64,000 nucleotides of DNA from Prolixibacteraceae bacterium (GCA_963675995.2 CAXXIY010000001.1:2106690-2170689); one strand, 5' to 3'; counted from the stretch's first letter, positions 32,399 through 42,341 are shown. Made by a program: numbers and translations. The notes: generated from the sequence alone by a model not told the origin.

Positions 32399-33127
32399 TC
32401 ACTCCAGATTTAGTCTTCTCCCGATTAACTTTAAAAGATGCACAAAGTCACGACCAAAATGATGACCGCCTCCCAGAAAATCGTGATCGCTTACACTGTC
32501 AAGATTCTTCCGGCAAATGGATAATTGACTGTCATCGCAAATGATATAAGACCTTTGTCCTCTCATCTTTAATAACTCTGTATAGATGTCTGTTCCTTTT
32601 TTATCTTCAAAAAGATAATCGGTTGGTTTTAATCTGAATATTGCCTTCTGTCCTGGAGCTATTAATAGGATATCCTTCAGTTGTAGTCTTGATTTTTCAT
32701 CAAGATGATTTATTCCAAATGGGATTACTTCTGCTCCCATTGAATAACCTATTAATACAACTTTGTGCTTATTCCATTTTTTATTGTAGTGAGTTATAAT
32801 TGATCCAAAATCGTGACCCAACTGTGCCGGACTTTTTGCTGAACTAAAATAACTTTTAGAGTTTAACACTACAACAGATACATTTTTTAAATTCAGATAG
32901 TGAACAATTTCCTTATCAAAATTCAGGTATCCAAAATCACCGGTTAAAAAGATGGCATAAAAGTCACAATTGCCACTGGAAATCGATTCTTTTATTGGTA
33001 AATTTCTTTTCGGGTGAACTTTCTGGGCAAAAAGAGATGCATTGAACCAAAGAGTGATAAATATAAATATTTTACAGAAAGTATACAAAAACAATTTCAT
33101 AGTCGATTTTTGAATAATATGATCCAA
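32399..33127 (-). CDS. VirJ/AcvB-like alpha/beta hydrolase
   Basis: Signal peptide. The pattern FLTGDFGY...VVVLNSKSYF...LIGYSMGAEVIPF parallels the VirJ-family consensus (GDGGW...SLRYFW...LIGYSFGADVLPF). Confidence 0.5.
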   Translation of the reverse strand: MDHIIQKSTMKLFLYTFCKIFIFITLWFNASLFAQKVHPKRNLPIKESISSGNCDFYAIFLTGDFGYLNFDKEIVHYLNLKNVSVVVLNSKSYFSSAKSPAQLGHDFGSIITHYNKKWNKHKVVLIGYSMGAEVIPFGINHLDEKSRLQLKDILLIAPGQKAIFRLKPTDYLFEDKKGTDIYTELLKMRGQRSYIICDDSQLSICRKNLDSVSDHDFLGGGHHFGRDFVHLLKLIGRRLNLE

Positions 33128-33228
33128 TCCAAATTGAGTTGATCAAAGTTTAATTAAACTTACTAATTATTCCCTGATTCTGCAAAATATCGTCCATTTA
33201 TCCGTCATAAACAGATATAATCGACAGC

Positions 33229-33390
33229 ATGGCAAATGAATATACGGTACAGAACCCGAAAGTTATTCCTGCCTTCCTGGAGGTGACAAAGTTTGAAAAC
33301 GACACATTTGGGACAGCAAAGCTCAGGAATATACTTATTCTTTTTCGTCAGCTGGCTGAAAAGCTGAATGACTTGTCACTGTTCGCCTGA
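33229..33390 (+). CDS. Possible small ORF (53 aa), below the ORF-track cutoff
   Basis: ATG at 33229 to TGA at 33388-33390 (MANEYTVQNPKVIPAFLEV...), followed by hairpins. No family recognised, so it could be non-coding. Confidence 0.2.
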   Translation: MANEYTVQNPKVIPAFLEVTKFENDTFGTAKLRNILILFRQLAEKLNDLSLFA

Positions 33391-33471
33391 AAGGGCGACT
33401 TTACCCTGTCAGAAACCTGGCAAAAACAAAAAACACCTACACCCTTTAATGTGTAAGTGTTTGATTTTGAA

Positions 33472-33517
33472 GTTGTCCTGTCAGGTTTCGAACCTGAACT
33501 CTTCTGATCCAGAATCA
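33472..33517 (-). repeat. att direct repeat, left copy (orphan 3' fragment of tRNA-Gln)
   Basis: 46/46 identical to 62951-62996. Similarity to the tRNA stops abruptly at 33518. A terminator-like hairpin (AACACCTACA..TGTAAGTGTT) lies just outside it. Confidence 0.85.
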
Positions 33518-33635
33518 TAAAAACGTGTTTTTCGCTATTTTTCACTGTTTTTCAAGAATTTGTTAATATGCTGGATTATAGCAATTAAATTGAATTTTAT
33601 TCTTCGTTATTTTACGCTGTTTATCGTTTAATTTC

Positions 33636-33665
33636 TATATTTGTGTGCAAATCGTGTGTGCAAAT
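33636..33665 (+). promoter_or_regulatory. Putative int promoter (-7 box TATATTTG) overlapping two GTGCAAAT direct repeats (candidate arm-type integrase sites)
   Basis: TATATTTG at 33636-33643 fits the Bacteroidota TAnnTTTG box, ~47 nt before the int ATG. GTGCAAAT occurs at 33645-33652 and 33658-33665. The same doublet occurs at 62880-62887 and 62891-62898. Confidence 0.4.
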
Positions 33666-33689
33666 ATAAAGAATTAAAATACCAAGACG

Positions 33690-34919
33690 ATGTTTAATTA
33701 TTCACTCAATGGAATCACTGTAGCGTCAATTCTTGATACCCGTCGAGCTACTAAAGACAATGTTTATCCTGTCAAAATCCGTATCACCTATAAGCGGGAC
33801 AGAAAATATTATTCTACAGGAAAGACTCTTTCCAAAGAGGATTGGGCTAATTTACCTAGCCAGAAAAGTAAAGTGTCTTCTCAGTTAAGAGATGATATCC
33901 AGAATTCATTTGATAAGTTAAAAGCTGCAATTAAATTTATAGAGGCTTCCGGTGATTTCTCTTTTGATGTATTGAATCACCGACTTGGCAATGCGGTTGG
34001 AGATTCAGTAAATAATGCATTCTTAGCCAAAATAGCTAATCTTAAAAATGAAGGTAGATCCGGTACCCAGATTTCTAATGAATGCGCTTTAAACAGCTTA
34101 CAAAAGTTTGGGGGTCAAAATATTCAATTCACAGATGTAACTATTGACTGGTTAAGACGCTATGAAAAATACATGATTAGTGAAGGTAATAGCTTTACAA
34201 CAATTGGTATGTATGTTAGAGCTTTAAGGTCCTTAATAAATGATGCAATAAAGGCAGGCTTATTAAAGCCGAGCAATTACCCATTTGGGAAGGATAAATA
34301 TGAAATTCCGACTGGTTCGGGTCGAAAATTGGCATTAACCCTCACCCAAATCAAGACTATTGTGGATTATTCAGATGGGAATCCTACTACTGACAGGTAT
34401 AAAAGCCTTTGGTTTTTTTCCTATTTGTGTAACGGCATTAATTTTATCGATATGATCAAGTTGAAGTACTCTAATATACACAATGGCGAGATTTCTTATT
34501 TGAGATCCAAAACGATTAGGACATCTAAGATTAAAAAGGAAATACATGCAATTGTTTCCCCAGAGATGAAGGCTATAATTAATCGCTGGGGTAATCCAGA
34601 TAGACGAGCAAATCAATATATTTTTCCGTTCCTAAACGGCAACGAAACTCCTATGGAAATTAAAGATAAAGCCAAAGATATTATTCATCGAACGAATGAT
34701 AAGTTAAAAACAATTGGAGAAACTATGGGAATTGATGGTTTGTCTACTTATTCTGCTCGACACAGTTTTGCCTCAGTCTTGAAACGATCTGGGGCCAATA
34801 TTTCATTTATTTCAGAATCCCTTGGGCATGCAGATCAGAAAACGACAGAAAATTATCTTGCAAGTTTTGAGCAAGATGAACGTATAAAAAATGCAGCACT
34901 TCTAACCAAGTTTGACTAA
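33690..34919 (+). CDS. int: Tyrosine site-specific integrase (Bacteroidota type with N-terminal Arm DNA-binding domain)
   Basis: N-terminus VYPVKIRITYKRDRKYYSTG is Arm-domain-like. The C-terminal catalytic region is STYSARHSFASVLKRSG...LGHADQKTTENYL (R, H-x-x-R, Y). Lies adjacent to the att repeat. Confidence 0.9.
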   Translation: MFNYSLNGITVASILDTRRATKDNVYPVKIRITYKRDRKYYSTGKTLSKEDWANLPSQKSKVSSQLRDDIQNSFDKLKAAIKFIEASGDFSFDVLNHRLGNAVGDSVNNAFLAKIANLKNEGRSGTQISNECALNSLQKFGGQNIQFTDVTIDWLRRYEKYMISEGNSFTTIGMYVRALRSLINDAIKAGLLKPSNYPFGKDKYEIPTGSGRKLALTLTQIKTIVDYSDGNPTTDRYKSLWFFSYLCNGINFIDMIKLKYSNIHNGEISYLRSKTIRTSKIKKEIHAIVSPEMKAIINRWGNPDRRANQYIFPFLNGNETPMEIKDKAKDIIHRTNDKLKTIGETMGIDGLSTYSARHSFASVLKRSGANISFISESLGHADQKTTENYLASFEQDERIKNAALLTKFD

Positions 34920-34924
34920 CCAAT

Positions 34925-35920
34925 ATGGAACATTATGAACTTTTAAGATCTATAGCTGGCGGTTGGTTATCTCCCCATCTTGCTATGGATGAAGATGTTT
35001 CTCCTCTATATTATCATTGTCAGAAATATAATATATTGGAGTATAAAGACTATATGTATTTTAAAGTCGATAAAAATTTCCTATTTGAATATCCACCGGA
35101 TATTTTAAATCCGGATGGTAATTATGAAAGGAAAATACTAAAAGATAAATCAGGAAATAACTGGTATCATCCTACAAGAAAAGCTTACTATTATTATGAA
35201 ATAATCGATGCTGAAAAGACGAAATTAATTCAACATTACAATTCGATTTATAACCGTAATATACCTGTCTATACAATAGATGGATTGGTACAAAAAGAAA
35301 TTCATCAACTTAGTAAAATCGCGAGAGATACAATGATTTATACGAGTACCCATATTAAAGATTTTCAGACCCTCAATTTATCAAACAGTAACCACTATGT
35401 TATTAGTCTCCTACAAGAGACAATTATAGATTTATTTCAAGAAATCTATAATATATTTGAAGGTTTAATAAATTTAAAAGTAATATCAAGAGAAAAATTT
35501 AAAGCTGAATATTTTGGAGAAAAGCCATATGAGTTAGTAAATCTGCTAGATAAAAACACCACGATTTACCTCAATCACCGTAATATATTAAAAAAAATTT
35601 GTAAGGAATTTAATTTTGATGTTTTTCAGTGTGGTGGGGAAAATGATTTTTGTGAGATATTTGATCTCAATAACCAAATGGAATATACGTTCAAGATTAA
35701 ACATAAGACAAAATTCTGCTACCTCCTTTATGAAATGTGGGAGAATAGAGATAATATTGAGCTCATCAACCAAAAATATCCCAATAGAGAATCTTTTATA
35801 AAACCCTTTCTTGAAAAGTATTCCTGTAGCTTTGGAACCTTTACTAATAAAGATGTGTTCCATAATACAAATGCTAAATATAAGTCCTTTAAAGAAAAAG
35901 TTGAAGCTATGTTCAAATAA
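34925..35920 (+). CDS. Hypothetical protein (331 aa), co-transcribed with int
   Basis: Starts 5 nt after the int stop. AT-rich and K/N/Y/I-rich. Followed by a strong terminator. No motif recognised. Confidence 0.45.
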   Translation: MEHYELLRSIAGGWLSPHLAMDEDVSPLYYHCQKYNILEYKDYMYFKVDKNFLFEYPPDILNPDGNYERKILKDKSGNNWYHPTRKAYYYYEIIDAEKTKLIQHYNSIYNRNIPVYTIDGLVQKEIHQLSKIARDTMIYTSTHIKDFQTLNLSNSNHYVISLLQETIIDLFQEIYNIFEGLINLKVISREKFKAEYFGEKPYELVNLLDKNTTIYLNHRNILKKICKEFNFDVFQCGGENDFCEIFDLNNQMEYTFKIKHKTKFCYLLYEMWENRDNIELINQKYPNRESFIKPFLEKYSCSFGTFTNKDVFHNTNAKYKSFKEKVEAMFK

Positions 35921-35950
35921 AAGATAGTAAATCTAAACAAGATCCATATT

Positions 35951-35981
35951 AACCCATAAAATATTTTTTATGGGTTTTTTT
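35951..35981 (+). terminator. Rho-independent terminator after the int operon
   Basis: AACCCATAAAA-TAT-TTTTTATGGGTT hairpin followed by a T-run. Confidence 0.7.
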
Positions 35982-36089
35982 ATTATCCTGTAATTCAACC
36001 GACTATAAAACTAATTATTTATGTGATCCATAAAATTATCCATATCAAAGTGCCGTAAAATTGATCCATAATCAACAACAAAATGAATT

Positions 36090-36452
36090 ATGGACGAATT
36101 GATTTTAGCTTTAATAACTGTCGTCAAAGAGAGGTTTGACTCCGCGATCAAAGAGGCTGTTTTTCAAGCCTTAGGTGTACAACAGGTGATTCCCACCTTA
36201 CAAGACAAGACTGATATAAATGGAGCGTGCGAGCATTTGGAGAAGCATGGATATAAAGTTCCAAAATCCACTCTGTATAAACTTACAAGAACCAATGATA
36301 TTCCATGTGGACGTATTGGTGATGGACGTAGGCTTATCTTTTCACGGATAGAATTGGAATCCTGGTTAGAGTCCCAGATTAAGCAAAAGCCTCGGTTCAA
36401 TGCATCCCTTGAGTTGGCAAAATCAGCACAACGTAAGATTAGAAAGGGATAA
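36090..36452 (+). CDS. Excisionase-family helix-turn-helix DNA-binding protein
   Basis: STLYKLTRTNDIPCGRIGDGRRLIFSRIELESWLE resembles the HTH_17/excisionase (MerR-like) signature. Sits at the head of a 4-gene block near int. Confidence 0.6.
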   Translation: MDELILALITVVKERFDSAIKEAVFQALGVQQVIPTLQDKTDINGACEHLEKHGYKVPKSTLYKLTRTNDIPCGRIGDGRRLIFSRIELESWLESQIKQKPRFNASLELAKSAQRKIRKG

Positions 36453-36454
36453 TC

Positions 36455-37234
36455 ATGGCTGTTCCACGTACAACCAAGATTCCTTATGAAATGTGCTTAG
36501 GTGCGCTTGTTTGCCGGCATGTTCGCCTGCTTCAGTTGTACGTGTATTTAAAATTACAGTGTAGCGGAAAAATCCGGATTGACAAAGAACTAATGGAGAA
36601 GATCCGGATTGACTTAGGATTAAAGTCAATTCGAACTATTACGGATTGCTTGAGGGAATTGCAAAAGAAAGGTTGGATCACTTATAGTAAAGCATCTGGA
36701 TTTTATTTTATCAAAGGATTTGACGAGATCAGAAAATTAAATGGTTTTTATCGTAGAGCCGGTGTTGAGTTCAGCATCGATGATATTAAACAATTCAAGG
36801 AATTTCTTACTGCCGTTATAATAGGCTCCTTGATACATACACAGAAGAGAAGGGCACAGGCCGTCGAGCTCAAACAGGGAAGCTCCAAGACCCCGGCCTG
36901 TGTGCTCTCTTCAAAATATTATCCTGTAGCAAATGAAGCCCTGGCAAGCATTCTTAATGTTTCAATATCCACGGCTTTTGAACTTAAGAAAGCTTCAAAA
37001 AAATGTGGATTCATAGCGATTAAGAAGAATCTACAAGTGCTGCCAGGGATAAGTCCAAATTTGTCAAGAGAGTTCAAGAAGTATGGGGACATACCAATTC
37101 ACCTAATCCGGTATTCAAATCATAAGATTTGCGTGCAAGGCCCTGATCTGTTGCGCTCTAAAATCCACTTTGCAAAAAGAAAGAAGATTGTAAATCCTTT
37201 GGATTCTTTGGGGATCCTTCCTAATGGACCATAG
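36455..37234 (+). CDS. Hypothetical protein with winged-helix-like segments (possible replication initiator/regulator)
   Basis: Starts 2 nt after the previous stop. CLRELQKKGWITYSK and ALASILNVSISTAFELKKASKKCGFI resemble wHTH segments. The functional call is speculative. Confidence 0.35.
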   Translation: MAVPRTTKIPYEMCLGALVCRHVRLLQLYVYLKLQCSGKIRIDKELMEKIRIDLGLKSIRTITDCLRELQKKGWITYSKASGFYFIKGFDEIRKLNGFYRRAGVEFSIDDIKQFKEFLTAVIIGSLIHTQKRRAQAVELKQGSSKTPACVLSSKYYPVANEALASILNVSISTAFELKKASKKCGFIAIKKNLQVLPGISPNLSREFKKYGDIPIHLIRYSNHKICVQGPDLLRSKIHFAKRKKIVNPLDSLGILPNGP

Positions 37235-37324
37235 TTATTTATAACATAATATTTATGGAAAAATATCGAAACATTAAAGAAGGGTTATTAAGGATATTTA
37301 AGAATTATCTAATAAGTAAACATA

Positions 37325-37738
37325 ATGAGTACTGTACGATTAAAAGAAAGAATAGAATTAAAAGGAAGTTGTAAAGGAACAACTGCAACTCTTATTGAGA
37401 GAACTGCTTCCAAAGCCCTTTATCAGCGGGATGATGGATACTGGGAAACCTTTCTGGTCAAAATTAATCCTGCCATGGTTTATGTCAAGGGGGAATGGAC
37501 CGCTACTGGTGAAACCAAAGAGGTATATCCTAATGACAATGCATTTGGTGTTTTTGCCTGGTGCGGGAAAGAAGAAAAGATCAGGAATTTTTATGAATCA
37601 TTATCTGAAAGTAGAAATGCCGATTATGCTAATGACGTATCTCGATTTTTCCGTAGATCTCCCGAAAGTAAGGCAATTGCTCCACTGAAAGAAAATAACG
37701 TTAAAAATCAGGAACAGTTTATTAATTCTTTTTTGTAA
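37325..37738 (+). CDS. Hypothetical protein (137 aa)
   Basis: ORF in the co-directional block. No motif recognised. The overlapping ORF 37395-37688 is judged spurious. Confidence 0.4.
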   Translation: MSTVRLKERIELKGSCKGTTATLIERTASKALYQRDDGYWETFLVKINPAMVYVKGEWTATGETKEVYPNDNAFGVFAWCGKEEKIRNFYESLSESRNADYANDVSRFFRRSPESKAIAPLKENNVKNQEQFINSFL

Positions 37739-37749
37739 AAACAGAAATT

Positions 37750-38781
37750 ATGAGACAGAGTAAAATAAATGAAGATTTAAACTCGGCTTTAAATGAAACG
37801 AACACGTATGATGGTCTAAATGAAAAGCCGGTCATTCCCCAAAGACTTAAACGGAAAAGAAGCCGAATAAAATACTCCCCTTCATATATTGCTTTCGAGT
37901 GGCTTATAAAAACAGCAAATACTTATTGGCAATCTAACAACTTTGCCAAATACCTCCGTAACCTGTTTGGTGAGGACATTGCCTTAATAATTATCAACCA
38001 TTATTCGATTGGCACTTCAAAGGTTTGCTTAGGTGCGACCATCTTTTGGCATAGAGATAATTGGGGTGAAGTTAGGACAGGCAGGATCATTCAATTCAAT
38101 GAGGAAACAGGAAAAAAGACTAAAGTAAATGGTCCTGTAAATCAGTGGGTGCATAACTATTTAAACCAACCAAGTTATAATTATGTACCATGTTTTTTTG
38201 CAGAGAATCTAATAGAGAGATTCTCAAGTCCTGTCGCAATCGTCGATAATGAAAGAGCTGCATGCATTGCGGCTGCTTATATGCCAAAGTATACCTGGAT
38301 TGCATCTTGTGGCTTAAGAGAGTTAACCAGTAATAAATGTGCCGTGCTTAAGAATAGAAAAGTCGTTCTCTACGCTCCACTAGGAGGATATGATCTATGG
38401 AAGAAAGTTGCAGACAGAGAAAATTTTGAGATATCCGATTACCTTGAGAAAATTGCCACAGATGAAGAGCGCGTATCCAAACTTGACATTGCCAATTACC
38501 TCATAAGGTTTGATTCTCGAGAATTCAGAGCATATCTTGAAAACCCTATAAGACCACCGGAGCAACCATTTTATATGGTATATCCGATCGAACCAATTGG
38601 GAAATTCTGTCCTGACCATTTTATTCATGAAGATTCTGATAAGAAGTGGTGGAAATCGTTCAATGGTCAAGACGATAATTCACAACCAAAACCAAAACAA
38701 CGCGGTCATACCAAGGAGTTTCTTATGAAAAGATGCGCATGGAGCGATCCTAATAAGAATAGCGAAGGGAAAACTAAATAA
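37750..38781 (+). CDS. Hypothetical protein, possibly Toprim/primase-associated (DUF6371-like)
   Basis: Its position after the Xis-like/wHTH genes, plus a segment VAIVDNERAACIAAAYMPKYTWIASCG that resembles a Toprim acidic strand. Weak. Confidence 0.3.
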   Translation: MRQSKINEDLNSALNETNTYDGLNEKPVIPQRLKRKRSRIKYSPSYIAFEWLIKTANTYWQSNNFAKYLRNLFGEDIALIIINHYSIGTSKVCLGATIFWHRDNWGEVRTGRIIQFNEETGKKTKVNGPVNQWVHNYLNQPSYNYVPCFFAENLIERFSSPVAIVDNERAACIAAAYMPKYTWIASCGLRELTSNKCAVLKNRKVVLYAPLGGYDLWKKVADRENFEISDYLEKIATDEERVSKLDIANYLIRFDSREFRAYLENPIRPPEQPFYMVYPIEPIGKFCPDHFIHEDSDKKWWKSFNGQDDNSQPKPKQRGHTKEFLMKRCAWSDPNKNSEGKTK

Positions 38782-39965
38782 TGCAATGTAATAATTCAGA
38801 AATAATCAGGCAATGGCAATCATTCAAAGATATGCGTAAAGAACTTTAAATGTCAATTTAGTCCAGGCACTTATGTTCATGAAGAACCCTTTCTTGGGAA
38901 TGACGGAAAGTTCAAAGTAGGAAGATTAGGTTCTTTGTATTATGTTCCATCTAAGGATTATCATATCAAACGCAATCCTTGCGTGCCCATCAAAGATTTG
39001 CATAAGTTTAATCTTACTGATCCTGCGTTTTTAATGCAAAATTGCTCAGACCCACAATCTGAGAAAAACCTTGAAGAGAATTGGGTAAAGATTTTTGTAA
39101 GGACGAAAGTAATAATTCCTGAGAAGGCTTTCCTACCAGTCCTAAACAGTATAATTCATGATCCACTACTTCCCATAATGTTAGTCCTAATCTGTCTTCA
39201 ATTTCACCGAGTTTTTTGTAAAATTTTTTAAGAGGGAAAAGGTATAAAAAGTACTCGTAACTCATTCTTTTTTAACTACTAATAAGATGTAATTTTATCT
39301 ATGTCATAAGTATTAATAATATTCAACGATTGTTTTTAAACTGTCTCTGAACTTGTCGAAAGAGACTTTGAACACAATGTACAGTACTCGCCCAACCAAC
39401 ATAGTAGATGTTTCGCAGGAAAGATCCTAACAGTTCATCATATCTCGAATCAATCACCCTAAACATCCCTGACAACACCGCAACAGTCTTAGCAACTCAT
39501 ACACGTAAGACCACCTACCGCTACAACATCAAACTCTCCCAATGAAAGATTAAATCGGAAAATACTTATGAATGATCATTAAAACGAAACCGGTACAACT
39601 AAGCCGTATAATTCTATACTGAACGGCAAACCAATTCAAAATTGTGTGCTGCAAAAAGCCAAACCTTTTCTTCACGGAGGATACATACGATTTTGCCAGT
39701 TGTTCATATTTGTACATACACTTCGAATCAACCTACACTGAGAAATTGGATTATTGTCAAGTAATTTTAAGCTTAACTGTAAAGTGTAACCACTGCCCAT
39801 AATCTCTCTCTTAATCGTATGTACGTTTCCAAACCTATGTTTTAATTGTACATACCGTATTTGAGATATGAGTAGGAAGCTCCTATAACCTAAACCCTAA
39901 ATATTTAATTTTTATTGGCTTGCAAATTGCTAATTACAAATCCATTAGAGCCAAGTGGTATACTT

Positions 39966-40871
39966 ATGAATAATGACATTTATGACCGTATTACAAACTT
40001 GATTATCGAAAGGCTTCAAGCCGGCGTGGTCCCCTGGAAACAACCATGGTCTTGTGACTCTTTACCGAGAAATGGTATATCCATGAAACCTTATAGAGGG
40101 GTAAATCACTTTGTGCTTTTAAGCCTTCAAAATTCCAGCCCCTATTACTTCTCTTTTCAACAAGTTAGATCATTAGGAGGTAATGTTAGAAAAGGCGAAA
40201 AGAGTGTTCCAGTTGTATTCTGGAAAATGCTGGAGAAGGAAGAGCATCCCGGAGAATTGAAAAAAACTCCTTTCCTCAGGTATTACAACGTGTTTAACCT
40301 TTCGCAGACCGAAGGAATCGACGCGAGTAAGATTCCTCCAACAGAAATTCATGATCACGATTTTGATCCTATTACTAAGGCAGAGCAGCTGTTAGAAGAA
40401 TGGGAAGATTCTCCTAAAATGAAGTTCAATGAAAACCACGCCTATTACTCACCTGCTCAGGATCTAATCGGAATACCGAATCCAAGAACCTTCTTTAAGG
40501 ATGAACAATACTATTCTGTGTTGTACCATGAGATGATTCATTCAACTGGTCATACTAAACGACTGGGTCGCCACGACAAAATGAAAAATCTTCAATTCGG
40601 ATCTCATTCCTATAGTCAGGAGGAGCTTGTTGCAGAAATGGGTGCTGCATTCATATGCGGAATGACCGGTATAGAGCAGCATACAATCGAAAATAGTGCC
40701 TCTTACATCAAAAGCTGGATCAGGACCTTTAAAGATGATCCCAAAGTTCTGGTCATAGCTGCATCACAGGCTCAACGTGCAGTTGATTATATTCTTAATA
40801 ACCGTAAATCTGAAGAACCGGAACATATCCCAGGCGAGAGAGAGCTGATATTAGAGCCTTTCGAGGTTTGA
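39966..40871 (+). CDS. ardC: ArdC-like antirestriction protein (N-terminal ssDNA-binding domain + zincin metallopeptidase domain)
   Basis: ITNLIIERLQAGVVPWKQPW (ArdC N-domain) and the HEMIHSTGH zinc motif. The start is taken at the ATG at 39966 rather than the TTG at 39915. Confidence 0.85.
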   Translation: MNNDIYDRITNLIIERLQAGVVPWKQPWSCDSLPRNGISMKPYRGVNHFVLLSLQNSSPYYFSFQQVRSLGGNVRKGEKSVPVVFWKMLEKEEHPGELKKTPFLRYYNVFNLSQTEGIDASKIPPTEIHDHDFDPITKAEQLLEEWEDSPKMKFNENHAYYSPAQDLIGIPNPRTFFKDEQYYSVLYHEMIHSTGHTKRLGRHDKMKNLQFGSHSYSQEELVAEMGAAFICGMTGIEQHTIENSASYIKSWIRTFKDDPKVLVIAASQAQRAVDYILNNRKSEEPEHIPGERELILEPFEV

Positions 40872-40978
40872 TCAAGTATTCTTCATCCATTCAAAGAAGG
40901 TCGTCTGAACACCCTATTCAAGGCAATAACGACCTTCTATCACATCGTCTGTTAATGATCAATTAAAACTATTTCATC

Positions 40979-41425
40979 ATGAATATTCCTGAACTAATCG
41001 CAGAAGTAAAAATCTCCTATTCATCAAATATCAAAGCAAAGGATCGGTTTAAAATTACCTGTTCCAAAGATGCTGAAACCGCTTTCCGGTCAGTATGGCC
41101 TGCCTACGATCACATTGAATTCTGCTACCTACTTATGCTTAACCGTCAGAACCAGGTCCTGGGATCGCATCAGATTTCGAAAGGTGGAATGACCGGCGCT
41201 GTGATAGATGTAAGAGTCATCTTCCAGGTAGCACTTAAGGCATGTGCCACATCAATAATAATTTCACATAATCACCCCTCAGGAAATCTTGAAACAAGTG
41301 ATGCAGACCGGAAGATAACAAAGCAAATCAAAGAGGCCGGAGCCATTCTCGATATTCCACTGCTTGATCACCTCATTCTGACATCTGAGTCATTCTACTC
41401 TATGGCTGATGAAGGCCTCCTTTAA
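40979..41425 (+). CDS. radC: RadC-like JAB/MPN domain protein
   Basis: The JAMM motif region IIISHNHPSGNLETSDADRKIT..LLDHLIL is characteristic of RadC-like proteins on mobile elements. Confidence 0.85.
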   Translation: MNIPELIAEVKISYSSNIKAKDRFKITCSKDAETAFRSVWPAYDHIEFCYLLMLNRQNQVLGSHQISKGGMTGAVIDVRVIFQVALKACATSIIISHNHPSGNLETSDADRKITKQIKEAGAILDIPLLDHLILTSESFYSMADEGLL

Positions 41426-41514
41426 ATCAAAATAATCATTAACGGCGTGCCAGACTAATTCCCTCCACTAACGGATGCCACAACAAGTCCCCAGGGCAGG
41501 GGCATACTACCACT

Positions 41515-41940
41515 ATGGATATTAACGATTGGAATATTATCTCCACCTACACAAGAGCAGAGGCAATTGCAGACGGATTTCAGGTGCCTGTCAATCCAAA
41601 GGTTTGCAGGGAAGCCGGAATCATCTTCACCGTATTTCTTACACGGGGAGTTTACGACAAGTATGTAATGGTCCCTGAAAATATGCCTTTTCAGAGTGAG
41701 GAGGGTCGCCTCTGGGATATCCTGTATATGTTTTCTCTGAAAGCGCGCAGATGCAACGGAAATGAACTGAAATTTGAGTTCTGCTGTCAGCTTCCTGATG
41801 CAGGTAACTGGAGCAGATACGAAAAGGTCTGTGAAGGAAACCGGCTCATCAGGGAAGTCACTCTTAGGGCTGTGATTGGTCCACTTGACCTGGATGATCC
41901 TTCACCTGCAATTACTATTATGTTTCCTGATGAAGATTAA
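41515..41940 (+). CDS. Hypothetical protein (141 aa) in anti-restriction block
   Basis: Co-directional ORF. No motif recognised with confidence. Confidence 0.45.
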   Translation: MDINDWNIISTYTRAEAIADGFQVPVNPKVCREAGIIFTVFLTRGVYDKYVMVPENMPFQSEEGRLWDILYMFSLKARRCNGNELKFEFCCQLPDAGNWSRYEKVCEGNRLIREVTLRAVIGPLDLDDPSPAITIMFPDED

Positions 41941-41955
41941 TTAATAATACGCAAG

Positions 41956-42318
41956 ATGAACCTAAAACCACTCAATCTTTCCAGGCAACAGGAGTCAAAC
42001 ATTAAACTAATTCTTTCCAATCAACTTGATCCGAAGGAGTTCTCAAGTGTGAAGTTCTGGATAGATCAATGCTACAATCTGCCCAATCTCAATGAGCAGA
42101 AGATGTGTGCCTTTAATCAGATACTATTCGCGTTTGGAATCGAATCAGTAGAAGGAGAATGGCAAAACGGCTATTGGTGTAATATTATATTCTCCTACGT
42201 AAACATGGGATTTTCTGACCTGCCAACAATTATTCATCACCGGGATAAAGGCTTCATTATTGATTCAGTTGAGAACCTGCTTGTAAAATCAAAAAGGCAT
42301 GCCAGATGCCATAATTAA
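41956..42318 (+). CDS. Hypothetical protein (120 aa)
   Basis: Co-directional ORF, 15 nt after the previous gene. Confidence 0.4.
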   Translation: MNLKPLNLSRQQESNIKLILSNQLDPKEFSSVKFWIDQCYNLPNLNEQKMCAFNQILFAFGIESVEGEWQNGYWCNIIFSYVNMGFSDLPTIIHHRDKGFIIDSVENLLVKSKRHARCHN

Positions 42319-42341
42319 TCCGTAAGGCAGCGGTAAAGTAT

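Noticed and set aside
33348-33545. A 65-aa minus-strand ORF spanning the left att repeat.
   Set aside because: It reads through the orphan tRNA fragment and the terminator hairpin, and has no coding-like features.
38935-39265. Mutually overlapping ORFs 38935-39231 (+, TTG start) and 39014-39265 (-) in the gap after the primase-like gene.
   Set aside because: They exclude each other, neither has a recognisable motif or convincing start context, and I cannot tell which, if either, is real. Left unannotated.
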